A DNA stretch of 40,839 nt from an uncultured bacterium (GCA_964631335.1 CAZVXD010000003.1:1-40839), one strand, 5' to 3'; shown: positions 1-9,242, counted from the stretch's first letter. Numbers and translations: made by a program. Notes: generated by a model from the sequence alone, not told the origin.

Positions 1-1
1 G

Positions 2-1996
2 TTATGATACTTTCGAGCCAGCGGGGACATCTTCGTCAGGGCTGATAATCGATATTTTATCGCCGCCGCTTGCGGCAAGAAGCATTCCTTCGGATTGGAC
101 CCCTCTTATTGTTGCGGATTCCAAATTTGTTATAACCACTATTCTCTTATTTAGCAGTTCTTCCGGGGTGTATTGCTGTTTTATCCCTGCCACTATGGTT
201 CGTTTTTCTCCTGTGTCCACGGTCAATTTATAAAGTTTATCGGCTCCCTCGATATCTTCAACTTTTTCGATTATTCCTACTTTTAAACCCATTTGCGTGA
301 AATCATCTATTGTGACATGAGTCATTTTAAGCCTCCTCAATTGTTTATCGATTTCTTCATCTTCAATTTTTTCAAAAAGCGGGACGATTTTTCCTATTTT
401 ATGATTCTCGGGTATTTCTATTTCTTTGAGGTGAGTCCATTCTTTTCCTTTGAGGTTTAATAGGGAAAATATTTTTTGGGCGCTAAAAGGGATAAAAAGT
501 TCTCCTACTGTTCCCAGTACATGAATCAGGTGTGAACATAGATAGATGGTGACAGCCATTTTTTCGGGATCTTTTTTTCTGGTTTCCCAGGGTTTCATCT
601 GGTCATAATATCTGTTTCCCGTGGTGCTTATTTCCATTAACAATCTAATAGCCTTTCTGAAGTTGAATTCGGAAAGAGAATCTTCTATTTTGTCTATTAA
701 TAGATTTACCCTGGATAATATTTCTTTGTCACTTGATGAAAGTTTAATTGGTTCGGGAATTACGCCATTATTGTATTTATCAATAAATTTAAGAGTCCTG
801 TTTACGAAGTTTCCGAGATTGTTTATCAGTTCCTGATTTACTCTCTCCTGAAATTCCTTCCATTTGAATTCCGAATCTCTTGTTTCCGGCATTATACTGC
901 AAAGATAATATCGCAAGAAATCGGGTTCGAAGTCTTCCAGATATTTATGTAACCAGATAGCCCAATTCCTGCTTGTCGAAATTTGCCTTCCTTCGAGATT
1001 TAAGTATTCGTTGGCGGGTATTTCGTCCGGTAAAGTAAACTTTTTTGTTCCCATGATAATTGCCGGCCAGATTATACCGTGAAAAACAATATTGTCCTTA
1101 CCGATAAAGTGGATTAGAGTGGTCTTTGGATCCTGCCAGTAGTCTTTCCATTTATCGGGTTGTCCAATCTTTTCCGCCCATTCAATCGTCGATGAGATAT
1201 AGCCGAGAGGCGCGTCGAACCATACATAAAGAACCTTATTTTTGGGAGCTTCATCAAGCGGAACCGGGATACCCCATTCCAGATCTCTGGTTATAGCCCT
1301 GGGACGAAGACCTTCCTTAAGCCAGCCTTTGAGATAACTTTTTACTGTTTTTCTCCAGTTCTTTTTCTCGATCCAATCTTCCAATCGGTTCTGAAATTTA
1401 TCGAGAAGAAGATACCAGTGCCTGGTTTCTTTTTTTATGGGTTTACTCCCGCATAATTTACATCTTGGGTCTATAAGCTGATCCGCTTCCAGCCAGCTGC
1501 CGCAGGAGTCGCATGAATCCCCTCTTGCTTCTTCAAAACTGCAGTAAGGACAGGTGCCTTCTAAGTATCGATCGGGAAGAAATTTCTTGCAATTTTCGCA
1601 GTAAAATTCTTCGCTTGTTTTTGCTTCTATATAACCTTCTTCATATAATTCGAGGAAAATTTTTTGTGAAAAATCATGATGGACTTTCCTCGATGTTCCG
1701 GAGAAGTTGTCGAATTTAATTCCCAGATTGTTTAGTGATTCCTCTATTATTTTATGGTAACGATTCACCAGTTTCCCGGGAGAAATCCCTTCTTTTTCCG
1801 CTGAAATAGTTATCGGGACTCCGTTTTCATCCGTACCGCATATATAAACTACATCCGCTTTTTTCTTCCTTAGAAAACGAGTGTAGATGTCTGCCGGAAG
1901 GTATACGCCGGCGAGGTGCCCTATATGTACCGGACCATTAGCGTAAGGAAGGGCTCCGGTTACAATTATTTTTTCTTTTTCTTTATTGTGAACCAA
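2..1996 (-). CDS. metG: Methionyl-tRNA synthetase with C-terminal tRNA-binding domain
   Basis: Complete 664-aa ORF. Class I HIGH motif (PVHIGHL). Two CxxC knuckles (CENC, CPYC / CDSC, CKLC). C-terminal Trbp111/EMAP-like domain (GLKVGIIEKVEDIEGADKLYKL). TTG start. Confidence 0.95.
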   Translation of the reverse strand: MVHNKEKEKIIVTGALPYANGPVHIGHLAGVYLPADIYTRFLRKKKADVVYICGTDENGVPITISAEKEGISPGKLVNRYHKIIEESLNNLGIKFDNFSGTSRKVHHDFSQKIFLELYEEGYIEAKTSEEFYCENCKKFLPDRYLEGTCPYCSFEEARGDSCDSCGSWLEADQLIDPRCKLCGSKPIKKETRHWYLLLDKFQNRLEDWIEKKNWRKTVKSYLKGWLKEGLRPRAITRDLEWGIPVPLDEAPKNKVLYVWFDAPLGYISSTIEWAEKIGQPDKWKDYWQDPKTTLIHFIGKDNIVFHGIIWPAIIMGTKKFTLPDEIPANEYLNLEGRQISTSRNWAIWLHKYLEDFEPDFLRYYLCSIMPETRDSEFKWKEFQERVNQELINNLGNFVNRTLKFIDKYNNGVIPEPIKLSSSDKEILSRVNLLIDKIEDSLSEFNFRKAIRLLMEISTTGNRYYDQMKPWETRKKDPEKMAVTIYLCSHLIHVLGTVGELFIPFSAQKIFSLLNLKGKEWTHLKEIEIPENHKIGKIVPLFEKIEDEEIDKQLRRLKMTHVTIDDFTQMGLKVGIIEKVEDIEGADKLYKLTVDTGEKRTIVAGIKQQYTPEELLNKRIVVITNLESATIRGVQSEGMLLAASGGDKISIISPDEDVPAGSKVS

Positions 1997-2769
1997 GTAT
2001 CACCTTTTTTTCTTATTTCTTCGAAAGATATTTCTTCCTGTGTGTCGTCGGGATGGGAAACCGTTACTAGTCCGGTTACCATATTTCTATGAAGCACCTG
2101 GCTGTTACCTTTGTCCGTTTTTATTATATCGTCTCTTTCCGGGAATTCTTTATTCGTTTTTTCATAAAAATCATACTCATACTGCAGACAGCAGAGTAAT
2201 CTTCCGCACAACCCGGAAATTTTTGAAGGACTTATATATATATCCTGTTCTCTTGCTGTTTCAAGCTTGACTCTCGGTTTTTCCGAAAGAAAGGTGTTGC
2301 AGCAGAGAGGATTTCCGCACAGCCCCAGTCCCCCGATAAATCCGGCATAATCCCTAACGCCGATGTGTCTCAGTTCTATTATGCAGTTAAACTCTTTTTT
2401 GAGGTCTTTCACGAGTTCCCTGAAATCTATTCTCTTATCCGCGAGAAAATAAAATTTGTATCTTTTCCCGTTCCATTCCTTATCCGCTCCCACAACTTTC
2501 ATGGCTAATTTATGATGCCTTATTCTCTTTTTGCAAAATTCGAGAGCTCTTTTTTCATCTTTTTGAATTTCTTTCAATTTTTCTTTTTCGCTGTCGTAAA
2601 TGAGATGAAGTACTTTTCCTTCCGGTTCCAGTTTGCGATGTATTTCTTTTCCGGCTTTCCCCGCGAAGCGTTCGTCCTTTATTTCGCAGAGAATATATTC
2701 ACCTTCTTTGAGAGTGAACTCGGATTCCATAGGATATTTGATGCCGTGGAATTGAACAAAATACAACAT
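1966..2769 (-). CDS. ricT: PSP1 C-terminal domain protein (RicT/YaaT-like)
   Basis: 267 aa with paired Cys-rich motifs GLCGNPLCCNTFL and GLCGRLLCCLQYE typical of YaaT/PSP1. The holB-yaaT order matches Firmicute synteny. Start overlaps the holB stop (TGATG). Confidence 0.85.
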   Translation of the reverse strand: MLYFVQFHGIKYPMESEFTLKEGEYILCEIKDERFAGKAGKEIHRKLEPEGKVLHLIYDSEKEKLKEIQKDEKRALEFCKKRIRHHKLAMKVVGADKEWNGKRYKFYFLADKRIDFRELVKDLKKEFNCIIELRHIGVRDYAGFIGGLGLCGNPLCCNTFLSEKPRVKLETAREQDIYISPSKISGLCGRLLCCLQYEYDFYEKTNKEFPERDDIIKTDKGNSQVLHRNMVTGLVTVSHPDDTQEEISFEEIRKKGDTWFTIKKKKK

Positions 2770-3656
2770 CAGATTTTTAAAAGAAGATAAAAGATTATTT
2801 TTTCAGCGTTAATATTCGAGTAGTAATATCTGTAAGAGTTTTTCAGAAAACCAAAAGCATTCCATGCTTTGTTGAATGTAATTTCGTCTTTTTTGTATTT
2901 GTCTTCGATCTTTTTCTGTAAATACTGTAATATAAATTCCACTTTCCACTCCTTCTTTATCATATCGGACCATTTGGTAAGGCGTAATTTCGGAGGAAGA
3001 GAAAAAAACAGTTCTTCAATTTTTTCTTCTAATTTTTTTTGAGAGTTTAAAAACAGAGTTTCTTCGATTCCCCTTCCGAAACGTTCAAAAGACTCCTTTC
3101 TAAAAATTTCTTTCTGTAGCTCTACAGTCAAAGGGCTAAATTTTATCAGCTGGCTTCTGGATAAGATTGTTTCAGGCAGGAGATTTTTTTCTGTGGTTAT
3201 AAGAATGAAAATGACTTTGGTGGGCGGTTCTTCGAGGATTTTCAGAAAAGCGTTAAATCCTTCGTTGGTTATTCTGTCGGCTTGAGCGATTATTACAATT
3301 TTCCATTCATTTTCCATCGGTGTAACGTAAGTATAGTCCTGTAACTTTCTCACCGTGTCTATCGATATACTGCCTTTTTTCCGCCTGAGTTTATAATATT
3401 CTTTATTTTTTCTTATTTCCATGATTTCTCTTTTATCGAGTTCCTCGAATTCGGGGAAAATGATCAGGAGATCCGGGTGTGTACCCTTGAAGGTCTTATT
3501 TTTGTCTTTCAGTATCTCCGATGAAAAATTAAGTGCCAGGGAAAGCTTGCCTACTCCCGGTGGTCCGTAAAACAGGAACGTAGATGGGAACGTTTTTTTT
3601 GTCAATACCGAGGTTAAAATTCTCTTTGGAATTTCCTGACCTTTTATTTCTTCCAT
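2769..3656 (-). CDS. holB: DNA polymerase III delta-prime subunit
   Basis: 295 aa. AAA+ P-loop-like GPPGVGK, clamp-loader SRS/SRC-type motif (ILSRSQLIKF), and position upstream of ricT. Confidence 0.85.
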   Translation of the reverse strand: MEEIKGQEIPKRILTSVLTKKTFPSTFLFYGPPGVGKLSLALNFSSEILKDKNKTFKGTHPDLLIIFPEFEELDKREIMEIRKNKEYYKLRRKKGSISIDTVRKLQDYTYVTPMENEWKIVIIAQADRITNEGFNAFLKILEEPPTKVIFILITTEKNLLPETILSRSQLIKFSPLTVELQKEIFRKESFERFGRGIEETLFLNSQKKLEEKIEELFFSLPPKLRLTKWSDMIKKEWKVEFILQYLQKKIEDKYKKDEITFNKAWNAFGFLKNSYRYYYSNINAEKIIFYLLLKI

Positions 3657-3660
3657 ATAT

Positions 3661-4764
3661 CTATAAATTTATATAATTAAACGGATTTACCGCAATGCCG
3701 TTTTTTCTGATTTCAAAGTGAAGCGTGGGCTTTTTTACCGAACCGGTTTGTCCTACTTTGCCTATAATATCCCCTGCCTGGACCTCAATCCCGTTTTCTA
3801 CGGTAGCGGAAGCAAGATGGCTATATAAAGTCACCAATCCTTCTCCGTGTTGTATTAAAATTAATTTTCCGTAACCGAGAAAGTTGTCGTTGTACACGAC
3901 TTTTCCCGGCGCCACTGCTTCTACGTTGGTTCCCCAGGGAGCTTCTATGTCTAACCCTCTGTTCATGGTTACTGTTCCGTATCTCTCTTCTACTTTTCTC
4001 CCGAAATATCCGGTTACCATGCCGTTTACCGGAAGTTTGATTATTTTTTCGGAGAAATATTTGCTGCCCGGTGCAGATTCCTGCCTCGACAGGCTTCTTA
4101 TCAATTTTTCCAGATCCTCCATGGCTTTTTCCATTTCTTTCGACATTGCAACCGCTTTTTTGCTTTCTCCCTCGATTTCATTTAAATATTTATTTTTTTC
4201 TTTCTTTGTTTGAGCTAAAGCGATCTCTTGATCTTTAACCTCATATAGTATTTCATCCAGAATTTCCGCTTTTTGGTCTATTCTTTCTTTTTGCAATGTC
4301 AGCCGGTCTTCCAGCCTTTCGATTTCATCCAGTACTCTTTTATCCTGATCGGCGATTATGGTAAGAAATTTGATTCTTTTTAGCGCGTCGGAAAATGAAT
4401 ATGAAAGCAGTATGACTTCTATGGGATGAAGGGGGCCGTGTATGTATATTTCTTTAATTCTATTTCCTAATATTTCCCTTTTTTCTTGAAGTCTATAATG
4501 GATTTCATTCATAAGAAGTTCGATATTCTTTTTTTCTTCGTTTGTTATTTCTTTTTTTCTTTTAAGAACGTTAATAAGTTCGGTGTTTAAGCTTATTTCT
4601 TTGTCGAGTTCCTGTATATTTTTTAAAATATCTGTCTTTTCAAATTTCAACTCGGCGATTTTCTCTTTTTGTTCTTTAAGTTGAGCCCTTAGAATTTTTA
4701 GTCTTTCCTCGGGGGATTTTACTTCAGCCGAAAGAAGTGCCATTAAGACCAGAAAACAACCCAT
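3661..4764 (-). CDS. Coiled-coil M23 peptidase-family protein (EnvC-like murein hydrolase activator)
   Basis: 367 aa. N-terminal hydrophobic signal, long Lys/Glu-rich coiled coil, C-terminal LytM/M23 domain (GLDIEAP..., GQTGSVKKPTLHFEIRKNG). Confidence 0.85.
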   Translation of the reverse strand: MGCFLVLMALLSAEVKSPEERLKILRAQLKEQKEKIAELKFEKTDILKNIQELDKEISLNTELINVLKRKKEITNEEKKNIELLMNEIHYRLQEKREILGNRIKEIYIHGPLHPIEVILLSYSFSDALKRIKFLTIIADQDKRVLDEIERLEDRLTLQKERIDQKAEILDEILYEVKDQEIALAQTKKEKNKYLNEIEGESKKAVAMSKEMEKAMEDLEKLIRSLSRQESAPGSKYFSEKIIKLPVNGMVTGYFGRKVEERYGTVTMNRGLDIEAPWGTNVEAVAPGKVVYNDNFLGYGKLILIQHGEGLVTLYSHLASATVENGIEVQAGDIIGKVGQTGSVKKPTLHFEIRKNGIAVNPFNYINL

Positions 4765-4767
4765 AGT

Positions 4768-4902
4768 TTACCCCAGTAGTTTTCTGTCGGTTTTAAGGGA
4801 ACTTTCCGGTATGTCATTTTCTTCCTTAAAAAGTAAAAAGAGTCTTTTCTTCAATATAAAGAAGATGCCGAAAAGGGTAATTATAAAGCTTTTTCTATTC
4901 AT
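4768..4902 (-). CDS. Candidate 44-aa small membrane protein (not in the ORF track)
   Basis: ATG overlaps the era stop (ATGAATAG). Translates as MNRKSFIITLFGIFFILKKRLFLLFKEENDIPESSLKTDRKLLG with one hydrophobic helix. It ends at a TAA that is in frame with the M23 gene ATG and one codon before it. It fills the otherwise empty era-M23 gap. Confidence 0.25.
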   Translation of the reverse strand: MNRKSFIITLFGIFFILKKRLFLLFKEENDIPESSLKTDRKLLG

Positions 4903-5743
4903 AATAACCTAACCTTTTTAATTCTTTTTTTTCTTTTCTCCAGTTTTTTCTTACAGCAACACGAGTATTCATGTATACCTGTCGACCGAGAAATTTTTCG
5001 ATGCTCTTACGCGCCTCGCTCACCACTTTTTTTAATTTCAGTCCCCCTTTCCCGATTATAATACCTTTTTGAGATTCTTTTTCAACGAAAATTTTTATGT
5101 CTATTCTATTTTCTTTCATATTTTCTACTTTAACAGCTACCGCGTAAGGTATTTCCTGAGAATATTCCTCGAGTATCCTTTCCCTTACGAATTCTTCGAT
5201 GAAGAACCGCTCAGGACGATCGGACAGGTAATCTTCGGGATAAAATGGTTCTCCCTCGGGTAAGAATTCCAGAAGAGCAGGTATTATTTTATCCGCGTTG
5301 TCGCCCCGTAGCGCCGAAATAGTGAATACTTTATTGAAAGATTCTAAATCGACGTCTTCTATTATTTTATTGAGGTCGTCCTCTGAAATTAAATCGATTT
5401 TATTAATAATCATGAAAGAAGGTTTATCTGTTCTGGGAGGAAAATCTATTTCCCTTGAGTTTTCTTTGTGATCTATCATTAGCATTGTAACGTCGGCATC
5501 TTCGACTGCAGTATCGATTTGCTGCTGCATAGCTTTTTCCATTTCGTTTCCGGGTTTAAATTGTCCCGGGGTATCCATAAAAATAATCTGATTGCCATCT
5601 TCGCTCCATATACCGAGTATTCTGTTCCTTGTGGTTTGGGGCTTTGGAGTGACAATAGATATATTGCTACCTATAAGGCGATTTAGTAGAGTGGATTTGC
5701 CCACATTAGGTTTACCGACTATCGAAACATAACCTGATCTCAT
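4895..5743 (-). CDS. era: GTPase Era
   Basis: G1 GKPNVGKST, G3 DTPG, G4 NKID, C-terminal KH domain (GIIIGKGG). The ORF runs to a TTG at 5800, but the ATG at 5743 (MRSGYVSIVGKPNVGKS) fits the family N-terminus and a promoter lies inside the extension. Confidence 0.9.
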   Translation of the reverse strand: MRSGYVSIVGKPNVGKSTLLNRLIGSNISIVTPKPQTTRNRILGIWSEDGNQIIFMDTPGQFKPGNEMEKAMQQQIDTAVEDADVTMLMIDHKENSREIDFPPRTDKPSFMIINKIDLISEDDLNKIIEDVDLESFNKVFTISALRGDNADKIIPALLEFLPEGEPFYPEDYLSDRPERFFIEEFVRERILEEYSQEIPYAVAVKVENMKENRIDIKIFVEKESQKGIIIGKGGLKLKKVVSEARKSIEKFLGRQVYMNTRVAVRKNWRKEKKELKRLGYYE

Positions 5744-5750
5744 ATAAGCA

Positions 5751-5778
5751 AATATATCCCTGTCATTTATAAAGTCAA
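5751..5778 (-). promoter_or_regulatory. Sigma70-like promoter of era, probably leaderless
   Basis: Minus strand reads TTGACT (5778-5773), 16 nt, TATATT (5756-5751), then 7 nt to ATG 5743. No Shine-Dalgarno sequence. Confidence 0.45.
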
Positions 5779-5862
5779 GGGAAAGGGGATTTAGGTTCAA
5801 TATACGTCCTGGCTTATAAAGAATTCAATCGTAATCGTGACCGATTGTTTTAAAACAGATTA

Positions 5863-6065
5863 AATTTAAAAATCAAATATCAAAATGTAAAATTATAAAT
5901 CAAAGTTAAAAAAAACAGAGAAGTAACAGATCACTTGAGTAAAACAAATATGTTTTTAGCTTTTGGGGTGAGGGGGAGGGATAATTTTGCGTTTTACTCT
6001 GTCATTTTGCTTTTTAATTTTTGATATTTAATTTTGGATTCCGACACTATTTTTAGGATTTTTTC
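5863..6065. repeat. In-phase degenerate heptanucleotide tandem arrays
   Basis: Reading in 7-nt steps from 5863 gives aatttaa aaatcaa atatcaa aatgtaa aattata aatcaaa ... ttttagc ttttggg gtgaggg ggaggga taatttt gcgtttt ... cattttg cttttta atttttg atattta attttgg. The phase holds for about 29 units. Confidence 0.7.
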
Positions 6066-6112
6066 TTTCGATAAATCCCAAATTTTAGATGATGAAATAA
6101 AAACTATTTGTA

Positions 6113-7678
6113 CTATTTCGCCTTTACGATTGTTATTTCTTTCGATGTCCAGGCTACAATTTCTCTTCCTCTGTGTAAAAGCGCGAATACTTTTACGTTT
6201 ATTTGATCCACTCCTTCGGGAAACATGTTCGCTTGAAATTCACGATTCAGGATAATTCTGCCTGCAGTTTGAGGAAAAACTTTCCAGATAACTCCGTAGT
6301 CGGCGGGCTCTTTATTTAGAATCAAAGGTATTTTGAAGCCTTCAATTACCTGTCGTGAAGGGAAAGTAAAATCGATAAATCCGGAAGCGGGCTCTCCATC
6401 TGTTTCTCCATTGTATGAACCTGTATCTGTTAGGGAAGGTCTGTCTTCGCCAATAATTACGAACGCCCGTGCCGGTCTGATGTTTATATTTTCTATTGGC
6501 TCAGCCATCAATACGCCAGCCCCATGCCTTCTGGGGACAAAGGTGCCGTTATTATTAAAAAAGCCGAGATCTTCGGGTATGACTCTCCAACGTAAGGCTA
6601 TTTTTTGTTCTCCCGCAATATTAAATTGAAATTCTCTGCCGATATCCAGGTCGGAAAAGTGCTTAAAAGATGGAGAAATTTCTAAGGGTTTAAGCTTGTC
6701 GGAAGTTATATAAACATCGGCAGAAGCGACTCCTTTTCCGAATCTTTCCGGAAGAACAGCTATAACCCTGCCTTTTGTGGGAATTTTTCCCGCGATAAAA
6801 GTGCCGTTTTTTCTAATCTGTCCGGCTCTTTCGGGTATTACCTTCCATATGAGCGGAAGATTTACATTGCCGAAGCCCTCCGTCTCGACCTTAAAGCGCG
6901 CGATTTCTCCGGTTTTAAGAGTTATAGAATTAGGAATTATACGTAAACCCACTTCTCCGCTTACAATCACAACGGCTCTTCCCCGGGTTCCGTTATTTTT
7001 ACCTACAATTACCGCTTTCCCCGGGATTCTGGCTGCGAATAAACCATTTGAATTTATCTCTCCTATATTATCGCCTTCGACTCCCCAGGTAATTTTTTCA
7101 TTGCCCTTTACCTCAAATTGTATTTTTTCTCCCACTTTTATCCTTGCAAATCGCGGGATAATTTGGATATTATCTGTTTGGCCGCTTACTCTTATGAAAG
7201 CCGTTTTTATTTCTCCGTTTGTAAGTACGGCGATTACTCTGCCTCTACCGCTGTTTTCGGCAGTAAAAACTCCGTTTCTGATATTTCCGATTTCTGCTGG
7301 TACGCACTTCCATTCTTTAGCTTTTCCTCCGGTAATCGCGAACCTGACGTTTTCTCCTTTTCTTAAAACCGCTGTTGCGGGGGATATTTTTGCGATGTCT
7401 CTATTACCAATTCTAACATAAGCGTATCCGGTTGTTTGTTGTCCGTTTACGACGCTTCGGCATTTGAGAACACCTCTACCTTCTTTGTTTGCCGCGAAAA
7501 AGTTTCCTCGAACCTGACCGAGAGAGGCAGGGACGACGCTGAAAAATAGGTTCCCCCTCATTGGTTTTCCTTCTTTATCCAGAATCCTGACGGTGAAGGG
7601 AATGTTTTCTCCTACTTTGCCTTCTATAGGATTTGGCGATATATGTAATTCCAGAGACAGTAACAGGAAAATCAGCAT
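6113..7678 (-). CDS. Secreted protein built from tandem Ig-like (Big_2-type) repeats
   Basis: 521 aa. N-terminal signal-like segment, then at least 5 repeats of about 85 aa with the pattern I.P....L..GE...F.V......W.V.P...G.I..NG.F.A...G.G.V.A. Last gene of the ECF operon; start overlaps the anti-sigma stop (TAATG). Confidence 0.6.
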   Translation of the reverse strand: MLIFLLLSLELHISPNPIEGKVGENIPFTVRILDKEGKPMRGNLFFSVVPASLGQVRGNFFAANKEGRGVLKCRSVVNGQQTTGYAYVRIGNRDIAKISPATAVLRKGENVRFAITGGKAKEWKCVPAEIGNIRNGVFTAENSGRGRVIAVLTNGEIKTAFIRVSGQTDNIQIIPRFARIKVGEKIQFEVKGNEKITWGVEGDNIGEINSNGLFAARIPGKAVIVGKNNGTRGRAVVIVSGEVGLRIIPNSITLKTGEIARFKVETEGFGNVNLPLIWKVIPERAGQIRKNGTFIAGKIPTKGRVIAVLPERFGKGVASADVYITSDKLKPLEISPSFKHFSDLDIGREFQFNIAGEQKIALRWRVIPEDLGFFNNNGTFVPRRHGAGVLMAEPIENINIRPARAFVIIGEDRPSLTDTGSYNGETDGEPASGFIDFTFPSRQVIEGFKIPLILNKEPADYGVIWKVFPQTAGRIILNREFQANMFPEGVDQINVKVFALLHRGREIVAWTSKEITIVKAK

Positions 7679-8715
7679 TATCCCTCCTTAAAGAAAGTTA
7701 TATTTTTTTCTTCTTTTGTTTTCACGGAAAGAAAATGCAGTCCTTCTTCCAGAGGCGGTATGGAGTCGCTCCCTATAAAGATAATGTTTGAATTTTCCTC
7801 TGTAGTGTAGTTTGTAATTTTTTCTCCGTCCAGGCTTATTTCAATTTCTTCTCCGGGTTTTCCCAGTATAAGGACAATTTCAAAATTGTTTCCCACAACA
7901 GATCCTTCTTCAGGAAAAACAAAGCGTGTCTCTTCAAAATCGTGTCCTGAATCTATTATACCGGTAAAAGCGTCTTCGATATAACTATGGGAAGGTTCTT
8001 CTGTTTCGGAATCGGTGCTCGCGGCACGGGTAGCATTCGGTTTATACATATCCATTTTTACTAACGGTCGAGATTCAGACTTTTCGGGAATAGACGGGGC
8101 TTGTCCCTCGATTTTTTCTCTTGCCGCATAGTTCCGGGTGCTTTCTGATGGAGAATATCCTTTGTCTTTTCTCGCTGAAGTGAAATCCGTTTTCTTATCC
8201 GGTAAAACAAATTTTACCTGTTCGGGTTCTTTCGAAACAGCTCTCAAAGCAGTTTCCTTTTTCTCTTCTTCGTTTTTTTTATCGACAGAAGAAAGTTCTT
8301 CTGATTTTGCTGTTTCAGGTGCTTCCGAAATTGTTTTTTCCAAAGCCTTTTTAGGTTCCGGAACCGGAGCTACCCGGTCTATTTCTTCTATGTTAAGCAG
8401 GACTGTTGAAACCACTATTATAACAGCCGCGGCGCTTACCGCCAGATATTTCCATCTTATTTGAAATGTACTTATTATTTCCGGAGTTTCTTTTCTGGTG
8501 GTATTCTTTAATATATTGTCAATCAAATTATCGGGGCATTGTATTTCTTCTTTTGAAGAATGTATTTTTCCCAGGAGCTCTTTTCTTTCTTCCAGTTTTT
8601 TCGCGCACTCTTTACAGGATTCAAGGTGTTTCTTAAAGGCTTTAAGTTCTTTATCGCCGAGAGCATTATCTATATATCCCTGTATTAATTCTTCGAATTT
8701 TCGATGGTTTTTCAT
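7678..8715 (-). CDS. Zinc-binding (ZAS-type) anti-sigma factor, single-pass membrane protein with C-terminal Ig-like domain
   Basis: 345 aa. H-x3-C-x2-C motif (HLESCKEC) near the N-terminus, one TM helix (YLAVSAAAVIIVVSTVLL), acidic/Ser-rich linker, C-terminal beta-rich domain. ATGA overlap with the sigma gene. Confidence 0.7.
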   Translation of the reverse strand: MKNHRKFEELIQGYIDNALGDKELKAFKKHLESCKECAKKLEERKELLGKIHSSKEEIQCPDNLIDNILKNTTRKETPEIISTFQIRWKYLAVSAAAVIIVVSTVLLNIEEIDRVAPVPEPKKALEKTISEAPETAKSEELSSVDKKNEEEKKETALRAVSKEPEQVKFVLPDKKTDFTSARKDKGYSPSESTRNYAAREKIEGQAPSIPEKSESRPLVKMDMYKPNATRAASTDSETEEPSHSYIEDAFTGIIDSGHDFEETRFVFPEEGSVVGNNFEIVLILGKPGEEIEISLDGEKITNYTTEENSNIIFIGSDSIPPLEEGLHFLSVKTKEEKNITFFKEG

Positions 8716-9242
8716 GTTTGCTCCTTAACCAATTCTCCCAGCTTGGTGAGGGTTCTGTGGAGGCGAGATCTTACAGTGCCAATAGGTATTTCCAGCGTCC
8801 TGGCGATAGTTGAATAGTCGCAATCTTCATAGTATCTGAGCAGGAGAACTTCCTGGTATTTTCTTGGAAGCTGATGGATCGATTTTTTTATTAATCGCCG
8901 GTCGGATTTTTCAACCACGTATTTCTCGGGATTATTTTCAGACGAGAGGTTTTTTATGTCATCTATAGAAATTTTTTTGTTTTCACGCGCCTGTTTTCTT
9001 CTGTATTTGAAAACAGTATTAAGAGCTATCCTGTATAACCATGTATACACGGAAGAATCTCCTCTAAAAGACCCAAACCCTCTCCAGGCATTCATGAAAA
9101 CCTCCTGGGTTAGTTCTTTTGCGATCTCATAATCATTCGTCATGTTGTAAATCATACTGTGAATCCTCGGGGTATTTTTTTTAACAATTTTTTCAAACAT
9201 CTCTTTCCTCTGTTCATCTTTTTTGTTCCCCCGTTTCTTCAT
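8712..9242 (-). CDS. ECF (group 4) sigma-70 family RNA polymerase sigma factor
   Basis: Region 2 (ELTQEVFMNAWRGF...WLYRIALN) and region 4 HTH (YSTIARTLEIPIGTVRSRLHR). The ORF-track start is a TTG at 9260. The ATG at 9242 is preferred because an ECF-type promoter occupies 9251-9278. Confidence 0.9.
   Translation of the reverse strand: MKKRGNKKDEQRKEMFEKIVKKNTPRIHSMIYNMTNDYEIAKELTQEVFMNAWRGFGSFRGDSSVYTWLYRIALNTVFKYRRKQARENKKISIDDIKNLSSENNPEKYVVEKSDRRLIKKSIHQLPRKYQEVLLLRYYEDCDYSTIARTLEIPIGTVRSRLHRTLTKLGELVKEQT

Noticed and set aside
5744-5800. 19-codon TTG-initiated N-terminal extension of era given in the ORF track
   Set aside because: The extension contains a good -35/-10 promoter pair, and Era family proteins begin a few residues before the G1 motif. 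ATG 5743 is preferred.
6777-7421. 214-aa plus-strand ORF (and 7118-7366, 6333-6629) inside the Ig-repeat gene
   Set aside because: It lies antisense to a well-supported repeat-domain gene. The product is low-complexity (Pro/Ser/Phe/Ile-rich) with no recognisable motif. This is a typical shadow ORF.
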